Source of the DNA: an uncultured archaeon
GTDB lineage: Archaea; Thermoproteota; Nitrososphaeria; Nitrososphaerales; Gagatemarchaeaceae
Direction: 5' to 3'
DNA length: 64,000 nucleotides
NCBI GenBank assembly: GCA_963817525.1
Contig: CAWFOU010000001.1
Span: 960,001-1,024,000, forward strand
The notes under the pieces were generated by a model that was given only the letters and a program-made list of their open reading frames with translations, made no database searches and was not told the origin of the DNA. This document shows positions 18,583 through 28,501 of the stretch, piece by piece; position 1 is the stretch's first letter; every line of letters starts with the position of its first letter. The position numbers and the translations under genes were made by a program.

Positions 18583-19193
18583 GCCGGACGTCTTCTGCCG
18601 CCCTTCTTGCTGCCTGTGGGCTTCCCGGCCTTGGCCTTGGTCTCCCCGGGGAGCTGCTCGAGGACGGAGGCCGCCACCTTGTCCGCGGGGACCCCGTCCG
18701 TCCCCGCCACTATCGCGAACGGAGACAGGTCCTTCCCGAAACGTATCCCGTATAGCTTCTTGTAGAGCTCGTAGTTCTCGCTGTCCCTGGCGTCTATCAC
18801 CTTCGCGCACTCTTCGGGAGAGGAGGAGTCTCGCTTCGCCATGCGTTCGGCCCTGCTCCTCTTCGTCCCCGAGAGCCAGACCTTGATGCCGTCCTTCGCG
18901 AGCCAGGGGAGGGTGTAGCTCGTCATCACGACGTCGCCCTCGCGGGCTCTCGCGAGGAGGCGCCTGTCCACCTCCTTGTCGAACTCTGGGTCGCCCGCGC
19001 GCTCTTTCATGAACTTCATCCCCTCTTCGGTGTCCCACCAGTCGTCTCCCACCGCGTTGTAGCCCTCCTCCAGGGCGATCTCCTTGAGGACGTCCCCGCC
19101 TCCGATGAGCTTGAGGTTGAGCTTGGAGGCGATTATCTTCGCGACCGTGGTCTTCCCTACCGCCGGCATCCCGCAGAGGATTATGGCCTTCAT
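18579..19193 (-). CDS. cmk: Cytidylate kinase
   Basis: ILCGMPAVGKTT P-loop, DKEVD; conserved position. Confidence 0.88.
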   Translation of the reverse strand: MKAIILCGMPAVGKTTVAKIIASKLNLKLIGGGDVLKEIALEEGYNAVGDDWWDTEEGMKFMKERAGDPEFDKEVDRRLLARAREGDVVMTSYTLPWLAKDGIKVWLSGTKRSRAERMAKRDSSSPEECAKVIDARDSENYELYKKLYGIRFGKDLSPFAIVAGTDGVPADKVAASVLEQLPGETKAKAGKPTGSKKGGRRRPA

Positions 19194-19684
19194 GACATCG
19201 TCTGGGACGTGCCCAGCAGCTTGGTCATCAGCGTTGAGAATGAGAGGGACGAGAGGAAGTACCACCAGATGAGCACCATGCTCCCGTTTGCTGCCACGAT
19301 GAACGGGATCGGTATGGGGGAGTAGGCGACCACTCCAGAGACGCAGATGCTGGGGAACTTGCAGCCGCTCACAAAGTCACCCATGAAGTAGTAGACCGCG
19401 ATGAAGGGGAGCCATGTGACGAGCACGACCTTGAACCGTCCGGAGGAGGCCTTGAGCCTCATCTGGTCCATCTGAGGCTTTTTCTTCTTGAGCTTGTCCT
19501 GCTTCTCCTTGTCCTTGCTGGCGACGGCCTCCTTCAGCTCCTTGTCGAACGCGGCGACCTCCGCCCTCATTCTCCGCTCGCGCTTGAGGTCGACTAGGAG
19601 CCTGGTGGCGACGTTCGACATGAAGCCCAGGAAGATTGCCGTACAGGTGATGATTACCGTCGACTCGGGTATGGCAAGGGTCAG
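19190..19684 (-). CDS. EMC3/TMCO1 (DUF106) membrane insertase
   Basis: TM-coiled coil-2TM, WYFLSS motif, conserved position after adk; probable CTG start. Confidence 0.85.
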   Translation of the reverse strand: MTLAIPESTVIITCTAIFLGFMSNVATRLLVDLKRERRMRAEVAAFDKELKEAVASKDKEKQDKLKKKKPQMDQMRLKASSGRFKVVLVTWLPFIAVYYFMGDFVSGCKFPSICVSGVVAYSPIPIPFIVAANGSMVLIWWYFLSSLSFSTLMTKLLGTSQTMS

Positions 19685-20253
19685 GCCTTCGCACCCCTCA
19701 CCAGCTCGGCTATCTGCTCGGCGGCCTTGTCGGAGGCCCCCTCGTCGTTGTGCACGAACGCCATCGGCGCCCCGCTCACCAGCGAGGCAGCCGTAAGGAA
19801 GCTCCTGGCCAGCTCGAGCTCCTCGGTGATCTGCTCCTCGGTGACCTCGTCCCTGTACCTCGTGGTGTCGTTCTTGCGGCGAGCGAGTATCTGCTTCGCC
19901 GAGGTCTCGACGAGGAGGAGGTGCGTCGGCTTCATGGGTCGGATAACGCGGAGCGGGAGCCCCGGCCAAAAGCCCTCAGGGGTGCGGATGAAGAGGTGCG
20001 TGTCGATGAACACGACCTTCCCCTTGCCCCTGCTGATCCGAGCCGCCGCGGCCTCCTGGAGCTTCTCCTGCTTCTTCACAGGGAGCTTGCGCATCTCGTC
20101 GCGGTGCTTGACCCACTTGAGCCTGAGCGCCTCGTCGAACATCGCTGTGCCGAAGACCTGGACGGCGGACCCCGCGACGGCCGCGTGCGCCTTGGCCACG
20201 ACCGTGCTCTTCCCCACTCCGGGGACTCCTACTATCACTATCCTGAGACCCAT
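19681..20253 (-). CDS. adkA: Archaeal adenylate kinase
   Basis: GVPGVGKSTV, DTH, G..PGLP. Confidence 0.93.
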   Translation of the reverse strand: MGLRIVIVGVPGVGKSTVVAKAHAAVAGSAVQVFGTAMFDEALRLKWVKHRDEMRKLPVKKQEKLQEAAAARISRGKGKVVFIDTHLFIRTPEGFWPGLPLRVIRPMKPTHLLLVETSAKQILARRKNDTTRYRDEVTEEQITEELELARSFLTAASLVSGAPMAFVHNDEGASDKAAEQIAELVRGAKA

Positions 20254-20271
20254 GGCAATCCCAACGCTAGG

Positions 20272-21690
20272 CTAAGCCTGGCCCAGGACTCCGGCGAGTC
20301 TGGGCGAGAACTCCTCGAGCTGCTCCTTGACGAGCATCTGGTAGTATTGCAGCACGATGTCGACGCCGAGGAGGAGGCCCACGCCGGTGTCGAAGACGCC
20401 GAAGATGTCGCCGACGGCGGCCACGCCCCCGATTATCAGGCCCCCGATGACGGTGATCGGCGGGATGTACCTGTTGAGGACCTGCTCGATGGAGAGCCCC
20501 GCCCTCCTGAACCCGGGCACCTGGACGTCGGCGTTCATGAGGTTCTTGGCCACGGTCCGGGAAGAGAGCCCTCCTATCTCGACCCAGATCCTGGCGAACA
20601 TCACGGCGAGGGTCATGAGGAAGGCCGTGTAGATTATGGCGTGTAGCGGGTCGGCGACGGTCGCCTGCACGTCCTGCGGTGGCGTGATGTAGTAGACCAG
20701 GCCCGAAGTCGGGTCGTAGCTCGTGTTGTAGACCACCAGGTACTTCATCCAACCAGGGGGATGAGTCCCGACGTAGTTCGAGAGTATACGGGTGAAGAAC
20801 GATACGTTCGCGGTGAGCGCCGAGACGAGGATGACTGGGATGTTCGAGACGTAGAGGAGCTTGATCGGGTAGACGCCCTGGAAGCCCCTGTACTTTACGG
20901 AGGTGATCGGCACCTCCACCCTTATCCCCTCCACGTAGGTGATGAACAGGATAACGGCGGCGGTCATCACGAACGTGAACATGCTCGGAAAGGCGTTCGC
21001 CCTCAGGAAGACCGAGGCCACCCCACCGCCCCCTGGGAAGAGCGACGCGACTAGCGCGGGTACGAAGCCGTAGATGACCGCAGGGGCCCCCTGCGTGGCC
21101 GATACCGGGTAGGGAGAGAGCGTGTCCCACCACAGCGTCTGTGCGACGCCGCCCAAGATGAAGAGCGAGATCCCGCTCCCGATGCCCCAGCCTTTCTGGA
21201 TCATCTCGTCGAGGAGGAGGATTATCACGCTCGCTCCGAAGAGCTGGAAGAATATCACGACGGCCTGGGAGCTCCCCAGCGTGCCGAGCGCGCCGCCAAG
21301 GATGTAGGCGCTGCACTCGACTATGATCACTACGAAGGTGAGCAGCTTCGTCGCGGTCCCGAAGAGGGCCCTGTCCTCGGTGGCCCCGAGGTCGAGCTTG
21401 AGTATGTCGCTGCCCTGGAGGAGCTGGAGTATGAGGCCCGCCGTCACAATGGGGCCTATGCCTAGCTCGGTGAGGGTACCCTGCGAGGAGGCGAAGATCA
21501 GCCTGAGGTAAGCGAACTGGTCGGCCTCGTTGCCAAAGTGGAAGAGGGGGGTGATCCCCATTATCATGTAGAGGATGAGGGCGCCGCCGGTCCAGATGAA
21601 CTTCTCAGAAAGGGCGGGCTTCTTGACTGGCTTAGGTATCTCTGGGAGGACTGTCGCAACGCTCTTGACAAAGTTGCGTAATGAGACCAA
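20272..21690 (-). CDS. secY: Preprotein translocase SecY
   Basis: ELGIGPIVTAG, KGWGIGSGISLFI, YPIKLLYVSNIP, PGFRR. Confidence 0.97.
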   Translation of the reverse strand: MVSLRNFVKSVATVLPEIPKPVKKPALSEKFIWTGGALILYMIMGITPLFHFGNEADQFAYLRLIFASSQGTLTELGIGPIVTAGLILQLLQGSDILKLDLGATEDRALFGTATKLLTFVVIIVECSAYILGGALGTLGSSQAVVIFFQLFGASVIILLLDEMIQKGWGIGSGISLFILGGVAQTLWWDTLSPYPVSATQGAPAVIYGFVPALVASLFPGGGGVASVFLRANAFPSMFTFVMTAAVILFITYVEGIRVEVPITSVKYRGFQGVYPIKLLYVSNIPVILVSALTANVSFFTRILSNYVGTHPPGWMKYLVVYNTSYDPTSGLVYYITPPQDVQATVADPLHAIIYTAFLMTLAVMFARIWVEIGGLSSRTVAKNLMNADVQVPGFRRAGLSIEQVLNRYIPPITVIGGLIIGGVAAVGDIFGVFDTGVGLLLGVDIVLQYYQMLVKEQLEEFSPRLAGVLGQA

Positions 21691-21711
21691 GGCTAGTTGT
21701 GAACTCCGCTC

Positions 21712-22128
21712 TCACTCTGTAAGTATCTTGCCACCTGCTTCCTCGAGCTTCTGCTTCGCCCTCTCGGTATATGAAGAGACCTTTACGTTGTAAGCGCGGG
21801 TCACGTTTCCCGCTCCGAGGAGCTTCTCGACGCCCCTCGCGACGAGGTCGATGGAGACAGGCCCTCCCTTGCTCGCGCCGTCCTCTGCGAAGGAGCCCAG
21901 CTCGCCGACGTTCGCCCACTTTGAGACCTTGTGCCAGCTCGGCGGCTTGAACGGGTCGCGCCCAAAGTGGTCGGGGTCGTTGATTATCAGCCAGGACCAC
22001 TTGTGCTTGTGGAGCCCCGCGTTGCCGTGGCCTCCCTGCTTCCCGGAGTGCCTGTGCTGGCCTATCTGCCCGTAGCCGTGCGTGCGTGAGCCGCGCTGCT
22101 TGCGTACCTTTCGGAGCCTGGTAGGCAC
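21712..22128 (-). CDS. rpl15: 50S ribosomal protein uL15
   Basis: RKQRGSRTHGYG..GQHR. Confidence 0.95.
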   Translation of the reverse strand: MPTRLRKVRKQRGSRTHGYGQIGQHRHSGKQGGHGNAGLHKHKWSWLIINDPDHFGRDPFKPPSWHKVSKWANVGELGSFAEDGASKGGPVSIDLVARGVEKLLGAGNVTRAYNVKVSSYTERAKQKLEEAGGKILTE

Positions 22129-22129
22129 C

Positions 22130-22600
22130 TCAGATCATCCTCCTCACGATCTCGGGGAGCTTCGGGTTCTCCCCTAGGATCCCGCCCTCCCTGAACTGCC
22201 TGCGCGACGAGCGCTTGAAGCCTCCCCTCGGCGGCGAGAGCCCGAAGAAGGGCTTGAGCCCCTTCACCGCCGAGAGCGTGCTGGAGGTCTCCCCCTTGAT
22301 TATGGCCTGCGCCAAGTCCGCGTAGGTCTTGTAGCCCATGGCTTTCAACTGTTCCTCGTCCAGCGTCTTCGAGCTGCTCACCCTCCCCCTCGACTGCAGG
22401 AGCGAGGTGAGTAGTTCGGCGTCGAGCGGTGCCCAGGCCACATAGTCCTTGCAGAGGTGGACCTCGCCCTTCGAGATGGGATCGTCGCCCACGACCGCGG
22501 CAGCGAAGCGCTTCCCTATCCCGAGCTGTATGAGCGTCTCCCTCGTCCCGCGTGGGACGTTTATCAGACCGTGAAGGTTGACGACGAGAAGTTTACCCAA
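22130..22600 (-). CDS. rpl30: 50S ribosomal protein uL30
   Basis: F.LSPPRGGFK motif; position. Confidence 0.9.
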   Translation of the reverse strand: MGKLLVVNLHGLINVPRGTRETLIQLGIGKRFAAAVVGDDPISKGEVHLCKDYVAWAPLDAELLTSLLQSRGRVSSSKTLDEEQLKAMGYKTYADLAQAIIKGETSSTLSAVKGLKPFFGLSPPRGGFKRSSRRQFREGGILGENPKLPEIVRRMI

Positions 22601-22619
22601 ATTTTTTCACCAATCGACC

Positions 22620-23255
22620 CTATACGTTGAGCCCGTGCGACTTGCTAAAGGCGTCGTAGACAGCGTTGGCGAGCGACGAGAGCGTGTTCGTCGAGCCGAA
22701 GGTCCTTACCCAGACGTCCTTCACGCCGGCGAGGGCCAAGAGGTTGGTCAGCGCAGGCCCGGCGACCCTACCGAGGGAGCGCGGACCTGGGAGGAGCTCC
22801 ACCTTGACGCTCCCCGCCTTGCCCGTGATCCTGTAGGGGACGGAATGGGCCGTGCCGCACTTGCACTCCCAGCTGCCGCAGCCGAGCTTGACCGGGATTA
22901 TGTTGAGCAGCGCGTCGTTGGTGGCCTTGTCGATGGCGGACTTCATCTGGGCAGCCTTGCCCTTGCCCACCCCGAACCAGCCGTTCCCGTTCCCGACCGC
23001 GACCACCGCGCCGAAGCGCGTGAGCTCTCCCGCGTCGGTCTGCTTCTGGACGATGCCCACGTAGACGACCTCCGATGAGAGGTCGGGGACGAGCTTCTTC
23101 ACCATCTCTGGCTCCCGTATCTTCCAGCCCTGCTGGAAGATCTCCTCAAGTGAAGTGATCTTGCCCTCCGCTACCATGCTACCGAGCTTCGTGCGCGGTA
23201 CCCATGGGATCTGCTTCTCTTCCTCGCGCCTGCGATAGCCTCTGCCTTGGGACAT
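22620..23255 (-). CDS. rps5: 30S ribosomal protein uS5
   Basis: WVPRTKLG, VQKQTDAGE, GCGSWEC. Confidence 0.96.
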   Translation of the reverse strand: MSQGRGYRRREEEKQIPWVPRTKLGSMVAEGKITSLEEIFQQGWKIREPEMVKKLVPDLSSEVVYVGIVQKQTDAGELTRFGAVVAVGNGNGWFGVGKGKAAQMKSAIDKATNDALLNIIPVKLGCGSWECKCGTAHSVPYRITGKAGSVKVELLPGPRSLGRVAGPALTNLLALAGVKDVWVRTFGSTNTLSSLANAVYDAFSKSHGLNV

Positions 23256-23261
23256 TTCCTA

Positions 23262-23855
23262 TCACTTTGCTCCTTTCAGGATGGCCTGCTTCAGCGCGCT
23301 GGCGTTCTGGACGTAGTCCTCAGGCTTGAAGCCCGTCTTGATGAGCCCCGAGAAGACCTTCGAGTACTTCTCCTTGTCCTCTGCGAGGAGAGACTTTGCG
23401 TAATCCGCGGTCGTCTTGCCCGTTATCCTGTCCTCTGAGGGGGCGACCTCGTCCGACATGGGGACTTCGACGCCCGCGTCCTTCACGCCCTTCACGAGCG
23501 ATGCGACGCGCGAGCCGTTGACGAAGGCGGCGAGCCCGTTGTAGAGGTAGGCCTTCTCGACCCCCTTCGCCTTGGCCCTCTTTCCCGCCAGAAGCCCGAG
23601 AAGGTAGCAGGCCGGGACCGACTTTGTCGAACCATTCCAGCCGAGCTTCTTGAGGTTCCTCGAGTGCGCGGACGACACCACCTCGTCGCCCACCGCCTTC
23701 GGCTTGATGAACTGGACCGAGACGTTCTTCGACGAGACCCTGACCGCGAGGAGCGGGACGGACGACGTGATTATCTTCTTGCGCGCCCGGTAGTCGGTGA
23801 CGCCCTCCCTTCTGCGCCTGTAGACCGGGACGTACTTTTGCTTCGTGCTTGTCAT
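23262..23855 (-). CDS. rpl18: 50S ribosomal protein uL18
   Basis: RRRREG.TDY..R. Confidence 0.95.
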   Translation of the reverse strand: MTSTKQKYVPVYRRRREGVTDYRARKKIITSSVPLLAVRVSSKNVSVQFIKPKAVGDEVVSSAHSRNLKKLGWNGSTKSVPACYLLGLLAGKRAKAKGVEKAYLYNGLAAFVNGSRVASLVKGVKDAGVEVPMSDEVAPSEDRITGKTTADYAKSLLAEDKEKYSKVFSGLIKTGFKPEDYVQNASALKQAILKGAK

Positions 23856-23874
23856 TATCTATCGATACCTCTCT

Positions 23875-24306
23875 CTACTTCTTCGACTCCTTAATCATCT
23901 CTAGGAGCCTCTTCACGTCCCTGACCTGGCCGCCCTTTATCTGCCTGTAGAGCTTGTTGTAGTTCTCCTTCGTCAATTCGTTCCTCTCGCGGGCCACGGT
24001 CAGCCTCCACCTGAGCGCCCTCACCTTGTGCACCCACGCCTGCTTCTTGGGGTTGCGGGAGCCCTTCGCCCCCTTGAGAGAGCCCTGGTGCCTTATCTTC
24101 CCCTTGGCATGCCTGGTCCTGTACCTGCCCCTCGACACCCCCTTCTCCGGTGCGACCTTGATCGCGCCCAGCCCGACGAGCCCGCGTATCGTGCTCCTCG
24201 TGATGGCGTCCTGGATGAAGTCCTCCGCCTCCGGGTCGAAGCGTATCCTGTCCTCGCCCACGCCGAGGACGTCGGCCGCCAGCCGCCGCTTACTTCTTAG
24301 ATTCAA
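23875..24306 (-). CDS. rpl19e: 50S ribosomal protein eL19
   Basis: KRRLAA.VLGVG..RI.FDP. Confidence 0.95.
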   Translation of the reverse strand: MNLRSKRRLAADVLGVGEDRIRFDPEAEDFIQDAITRSTIRGLVGLGAIKVAPEKGVSRGRYRTRHAKGKIRHQGSLKGAKGSRNPKKQAWVHKVRALRWRLTVARERNELTKENYNKLYRQIKGGQVRDVKRLLEMIKESKK

Positions 24307-24730
24307 TGCTCCTCAACCTCGTCGGATTCAGAACGCGCAGGCCGAGCTCCGTCGCCCTCTTCAGGATGGCGACCCGCTTCTTCGCACCCACGCGCCTACC
24401 TATCCTTACGGCGTCACGCTCAGGAATCAGGTCATCGAGCTGCGAAGGGTTGTGCACGAGCACGTCCAGGTGCCCGCTTGGGTGGTAGCCGCGGGCCTTT
24501 ACGGGTCCCCCATAGCCTATCTTTACGCGCTTCGGGTATCCCTTGAACGACTTGCGAATCTTGTTGTCTAGGCCCTTTGGCTTCCTCCACTCCGGGTGGA
24601 TCCTGACGTACCTCCAGCTCTCCGGGCGGAGGAACCTTGGCCGAGCGTCCGCTACGCTCTTCCTGAGCTCTAGGAGCTCGAGGAGCTCCTTCTTCGTCGA
24701 ATCGGCCTTGGTCTGTTTTTTGGTTGCCAT
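24290..24730 (-). CDS. rpl32e: 50S ribosomal protein eL32
   Basis: WRKPKGLDNKIR, RGYHPSG. Confidence 0.95.
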   Translation of the reverse strand: MATKKQTKADSTKKELLELLELRKSVADARPRFLRPESWRYVRIHPEWRKPKGLDNKIRKSFKGYPKRVKIGYGGPVKARGYHPSGHLDVLVHNPSQLDDLIPERDAVRIGRRVGAKKRVAILKRATELGLRVLNPTRLRSIESKK

Positions 24731-24738
24731 TTCTTACA

Positions 24739-25308
24739 TCAGTTCCTCTTCTTCTCGTAGACGTAGACTCCGTCCAAGAATATGCGCTGGTCCTTGCGCT
24801 TTATCCTCGTGGCCTGCTCCACGTTGGCGGCGGTCTGTCCTATCTGCTCGAGAGATGTTCCCTTTATTATGATATCGTCGCCGTCGGTCGTGACCTTGCA
24901 CCCTGCGAGTATCTTCGCCACCCTGGGCGACCTCTCCCCCATGAAGTTCTCCACGAACACCGTGTCGTCCTTGACCTTCACGGTCACTGGGAAGTGGGCG
25001 AAGATCACCTTCATCTTGTACTCGTAGCCCTTAGTGACCCCGTGCACCAGCGCCCTCACTATGGAGGAGACCGTGTTGGCGGAGATCACGTCCTTCTTCT
25101 TTCCCGTGAACGGCTTGATCGTGACCTGGTTCCCCTTTACCTCGATGTCCACGGGAATCCTCTGGAAGACCTTGGTCGCGGTCCCGTTAGGGCCCTTCAT
25201 GGACAGCTCCCTGTCCTTGACGCTCGCGGTCACTCCGGCCGGTAGCTCGACTGTCCTCGAGCCGTCCTCCTTCCTCTGGGCGGCCTTGGCGGCGACGCTA
25301 GTAGACAT
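24739..25308 (-). CDS. rpl6: 50S ribosomal protein uL6
   Basis: AHFPV, NFMGE, KDQRIFLDGVY. Confidence 0.95.
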   Translation of the reverse strand: MSTSVAAKAAQRKEDGSRTVELPAGVTASVKDRELSMKGPNGTATKVFQRIPVDIEVKGNQVTIKPFTGKKKDVISANTVSSIVRALVHGVTKGYEYKMKVIFAHFPVTVKVKDDTVFVENFMGERSPRVAKILAGCKVTTDGDDIIIKGTSLEQIGQTAANVEQATRIKRKDQRIFLDGVYVYEKKRN

Positions 25309-25690
25309 ACCCGAGTAGTCTCCCGCCCAGGTTCTTCTCTTGGGCTTCTGTGTGAGATAGTATCCCCTTCGAGGTAGAGACGACCAGCATCCCGACCCCC
25401 ACCGCCGGCAGGTACCTCGCCTCCCATTTTTGGAACTCCTTGGCCTTGATGGGGAATCGGGGAGACACGGCCCCGCACTTGTTAATCCTCCCGAGCAGCT
25501 GGACCCTGAGCTTGCCCGTCACGCCGTCGTCGATGAACTCGAACTCGCCGATGTACCTCCTCTTCTGGAGGACCCGCATCACCTCGCTCGCTAGTTTGGA
25601 GGCGGGGATGACGATGCACTCCTTCTTGTGCCTCATCTCCGAGTTCTGGAGGGAGATGAAGAGGTTCGCGAGGATGTTGGTTACTGGCAT
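25298..25690 (-). CDS. rps8: 30S ribosomal protein uS8
   Basis: YIGEFEFIDDG, GRINKCG. Confidence 0.96.
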   Translation of the reverse strand: MPVTNILANLFISLQNSEMRHKKECIVIPASKLASEVMRVLQKRRYIGEFEFIDDGVTGKLRVQLLGRINKCGAVSPRFPIKAKEFQKWEARYLPAVGVGMLVVSTSKGILSHTEAQEKNLGGRLLGYVY

Positions 25691-25708
25691 GGTTTCTCCA
25701 TCACTCTC

Positions 25709-25870
25709 TCAGTCGTACTTCCTAAACCCGAGCTTCTCAGCGACCTCTCTAAAACACTGCCGACAGAGGAACAGGTCGTAGCTCCTAATCACCGCTCCGT
25801 ACTGCCCGCACCTGCGGCAGTACCTCGTCGACTTGCCGTACTTTCTGACCTTTGGATGGCGCTCCTTCAC
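25709..25870 (-). CDS. rps14: 30S ribosomal protein uS14 (absent from ORF track)
   Basis: [22 protein letters not shown]...[19 protein letters not shown]. Confidence 0.95.
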   Translation of the reverse strand: MKERHPKVRKYGKSTRYCRRCGQYGAVIRSYDLFLCRQCFREVAEKLGFRKYD

Positions 25871-26406
25871 TCTATTGTTACCCCGAATTCGCGCTTGAAG
25901 TAGTCCATCGCCTCGTCCTTCGTGACCACGTGGCTCTTGCCGAGGCTCGCGGACTTGCGCAGCCTCCTCGAGACGCGGTATCCCGGGCGCTCAAGCAGGA
26001 CCGAGACGTTCATCCCCCAGATCCCTATCTCCGGGTCGTAGCGTATCCCGGGGATCTCTATGTGCTCCTTCAGTCCGAAGGAGACGCTGCCCCTCTCGTC
26101 GAAGGACGACGAGTTCATCTTCTTCTCCCTCGCGACGAGCAGCCGCGTGATCAGCTCCTTGCACTTTTCCTGCCCCCTGGTGGTCACCACCAAGCCGATG
26201 GGCTCGCCCTTGTGGGTCCCAAAGTCCCTGATGGAGTTCTTCGCCTTGCGCTGGCTGGGCTTTTGGGAGGTTATCTGCTCGAGGACCTTCATCGCCCTCT
26301 CCACCGCCTCGCCCGACTTGCCCACTCCGATGTTTATCACTACCTTTCCGATCGAGATCCGGCGCATGCCTGCGTCGTCCGCCTTGGCCTCTGTCGCTGC
26401 GATCAA
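25867..26406 (-). CDS. rpl5: 50S ribosomal protein uL5
   Basis: [25 protein letters not shown]. Confidence 0.96.
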   Translation of the reverse strand: MIAATEAKADDAGMRRISIGKVVINIGVGKSGEAVERAMKVLEQITSQKPSQRKAKNSIRDFGTHKGEPIGLVVTTRGQEKCKELITRLLVAREKKMNSSSFDERGSVSFGLKEHIEIPGIRYDPEIGIWGMNVSVLLERPGYRVSRRLRKSASLGKSHVVTKDEAMDYFKREFGVTIE

Positions 26407-27128
26407 CTCTTGACCTGGACCTCCAACACTGGCTTGTCGGCGCCAACCGCGAAGACCAGCCTCTCAGGAAGCTCGGTCTCTCCGCTGGGGAGCGAGAGCT
26501 CCACCATCTTCTCGCGGGTGCTCGTCCCCTTCTTCACGCTGATTATCTTCCCGACCTGCCCAGCTCTCTCGCCAGAGACGACGAGGCCCATGGATCCCTT
26601 CGCGAACTTCACGCTCTCGACCACCGACTGGACCGGGACCCGCATGACCACGCTGTCGCCGAGCGAGGCGGCGAGCTTGTCGTCCAACAGGGAGCGACCG
26701 TCGTGGAACCCGAACTGGATGCGGCCTCCAGAGATCTTCACCTTTGACTTTACGCGGCAGAGCTTGATGCCTGCCTCAGTGGAGACGATCTCCACGGGGA
26801 CGAGCCCGTCGGGGGAGGGCACGAACCTGTACGCCTTGCCCTCCTTCGGGATGCTTACGACGTCGAACAGCCCCACTGGGAATCCCGGGTCCTGCCTTGG
26901 GACTCCGTCAACGAGCACCTGCCTTGCGGTAAGGACCTGGGTGACCTCCTTCTGGGAAGCTACCATCCCGAGGATGTCGCGCAAGACCACGGCTAGCGAG
27001 TACGACTTTTCGACCGAGTGGGAGCCGGGGCTCGGCTTGGTGATGAACCTCGCCTCCTTCCGGGCGATGTCCCAAGAGCGCGGCGCCGAGAGGCGCTTCA
27101 TCTTAGTCCGGCCGCTCTTCTTTCCCAT
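26403..27128 (-). CDS. rps4e: 30S ribosomal protein eS4
   Basis: KRLSAP..W.I.RK, PSPGSH. Confidence 0.95.
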   Translation of the reverse strand: MGKKSGRTKMKRLSAPRSWDIARKEARFITKPSPGSHSVEKSYSLAVVLRDILGMVASQKEVTQVLTARQVLVDGVPRQDPGFPVGLFDVVSIPKEGKAYRFVPSPDGLVPVEIVSTEAGIKLCRVKSKVKISGGRIQFGFHDGRSLLDDKLAASLGDSVVMRVPVQSVVESVKFAKGSMGLVVSGERAGQVGKIISVKKGTSTREKMVELSLPSGETELPERLVFAVGADKPVLEVQVKS

Positions 27129-27131
27129 GGC

Positions 27132-27446
27132 CTAGCTCTCTGCCTCCTCTGTCGTCTTCTCCTCGACGAGCGCCTTCCTGACCTTGTCCTCCAGGTTGAG
27201 GCTGGTGACTACGACCTTCGACGCGTCGATGGCTACCGCTCCGGTCTTGCCGCCGGCGATCTTCTCGCGGTTTACGCCCTCGATGAAGATCTTCCCTTTC
27301 TGTGGGTCGACGCGCAGTATCTTGCCCTCTATCCCCTTGAACCCCCCCCTGACTATCCTGACCCCGTCGCCCTTCACCGGCCTCACGGTCTTCCTCGCGT
27401 GCTTCTCTCGGAGCTCCTTCGACAAATACGAGCCGAATTTCGTCAT
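27132..27446 (-). CDS. rpl24: 50S ribosomal protein uL24 (short N-terminus)
   Basis: LSKELR, KGD.V.I.RG.FKG.EGK (KOW). Confidence 0.92.
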   Translation of the reverse strand: MTKFGSYLSKELREKHARKTVRPVKGDGVRIVRGGFKGIEGKILRVDPQKGKIFIEGVNREKIAGGKTGAVAIDASKVVVTSLNLEDKVRKALVEEKTTEEAES

Positions 27447-27470
27447 TTTCTACTATTCATTCTCCTTCTC

Positions 27471-27905
27471 TCATACCACCACGGAGGCCAGGTTGGCTAT
27501 CCTGGGCCACTTCTCTGCTGCCTCGCTCGCGACGGGCCCCTTGATGTCGGTGCCCTTCATCTCGCCCTCGGGGGTGACCAGCACCGCCGCGTTGTCCTCG
27601 AAGCAGATCCTCTGGCCGCTGACCCTCCGGACGGCGTACTTCTGCCTGATCACGACGGCTCCCCAGACCTGGTTCCTAAGGTCGGGAGGGCCGCGCTTCA
27701 CCGTGCACTGAATGTGGTCCCCGACGGAGGCCGCCGGATACCTCGCGAGCCTGGTCTTCGCCCTGGTGACCATGATGACCTTGAGGGTCTTCGCGCCGGT
27801 GTTGTCGGCGCAGGTTATCACGGCGTTAGTCGGAATCGCCCTGGTGATGTAGGTCTTGAACTCCTCGACTCCCTTTGCCGAGACCGCTCTGGACTTTGTG
27901 GACAA
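27471..27905 (-). CDS. rpl14: 50S ribosomal protein uL14
   Basis: CADNTGAK, FEDNAAV, KGPVA.EAAE.WP. Confidence 0.96.
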   Translation of the reverse strand: MSTKSRAVSAKGVEEFKTYITRAIPTNAVITCADNTGAKTLKVIMVTRAKTRLARYPAASVGDHIQCTVKRGPPDLRNQVWGAVVIRQKYAVRRVSGQRICFEDNAAVLVTPEGEMKGTDIKGPVASEAAEKWPRIANLASVVV

Positions 27906-27908
27906 TCT

Positions 27909-28235
27909 CTACATTCCTCCCTTGGTCTGGACGACCACGAACGACACCGTCTTTGCGAGCGGCCTGCACTCGGCGATGATCGCGATGTCTCCCTCCTTCG
28001 CCTCGACGCAGGGCGGAAGGTGGGCGTGGACCTTGCTCCTCCTCCTCTCATACCGGTTGTACTTTGGCACTCGCTGAAGGAGCTCCCTCTGGATTACGAC
28101 GGTCTGCTTGTTCGAGACAGAGACGATCGTCCCCGTCAGCATCTTGCCTCTCACCTTGAGGTGCCCGTGGAACGGGCAGCGGGAGTCCTCGCAGTTGCGC
28201 TTAGGCGGCGCCAGGTCGAGGCCTGCAGAGTTCAT
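27909..28235 (-). CDS. rps17: 30S ribosomal protein uS17
   Basis: C.D..CPFHG.L.VRG, ECRPLAKT. Confidence 0.96.
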   Translation of the reverse strand: MNSAGLDLAPPKRNCEDSRCPFHGHLKVRGKMLTGTIVSVSNKQTVVIQRELLQRVPKYNRYERRRSKVHAHLPPCVEAKEGDIAIIAECRPLAKTVSFVVVQTKGGM

Positions 28236-28501
28236 CTCGAGCGCTCCGCCCCTCGCCTGGCCGTCCCTCTGGTGATAGCGATCCTGTCTTCGAGCCTGCC
28301 CTCTAGGTCGTCGCCAATGACGATCGTCCCGCTCGAGAGCTCAAGCGCGCTGCCCGTCTTTGGAAGGATGACCTTCCTCTTCGCATCGGTCCTGATCGTT
28401 AGAGTGTGCATGGTCTCCAGCACGACCTTTCCCTTGAGCCCGAGGAGCACGGTGTTCTTGGCCGCCGCGACCCTGACGTCCTCTCCTATGATGAAGCTCA
28501 T
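28232..28501 (-). CDS. rnp1: RNase P protein Rpp29/Pop4
   Basis: IG..V.V......G..G.VV.ET..TL, GR.EDR; position. Confidence 0.88.
   Translation of the reverse strand: MSFIIGEDVRVAAAKNTVLLGLKGKVVLETMHTLTIRTDAKRKVILPKTGSALELSSGTIVIGDDLEGRLEDRIAITRGTARRGAERSR

Noticed and set aside
18579-19684. Absence of L34e/L14e and separation from the L3-S19 block as a novelty
   Set aside because: Known trait of thaumarchaeal ribosomal clusters
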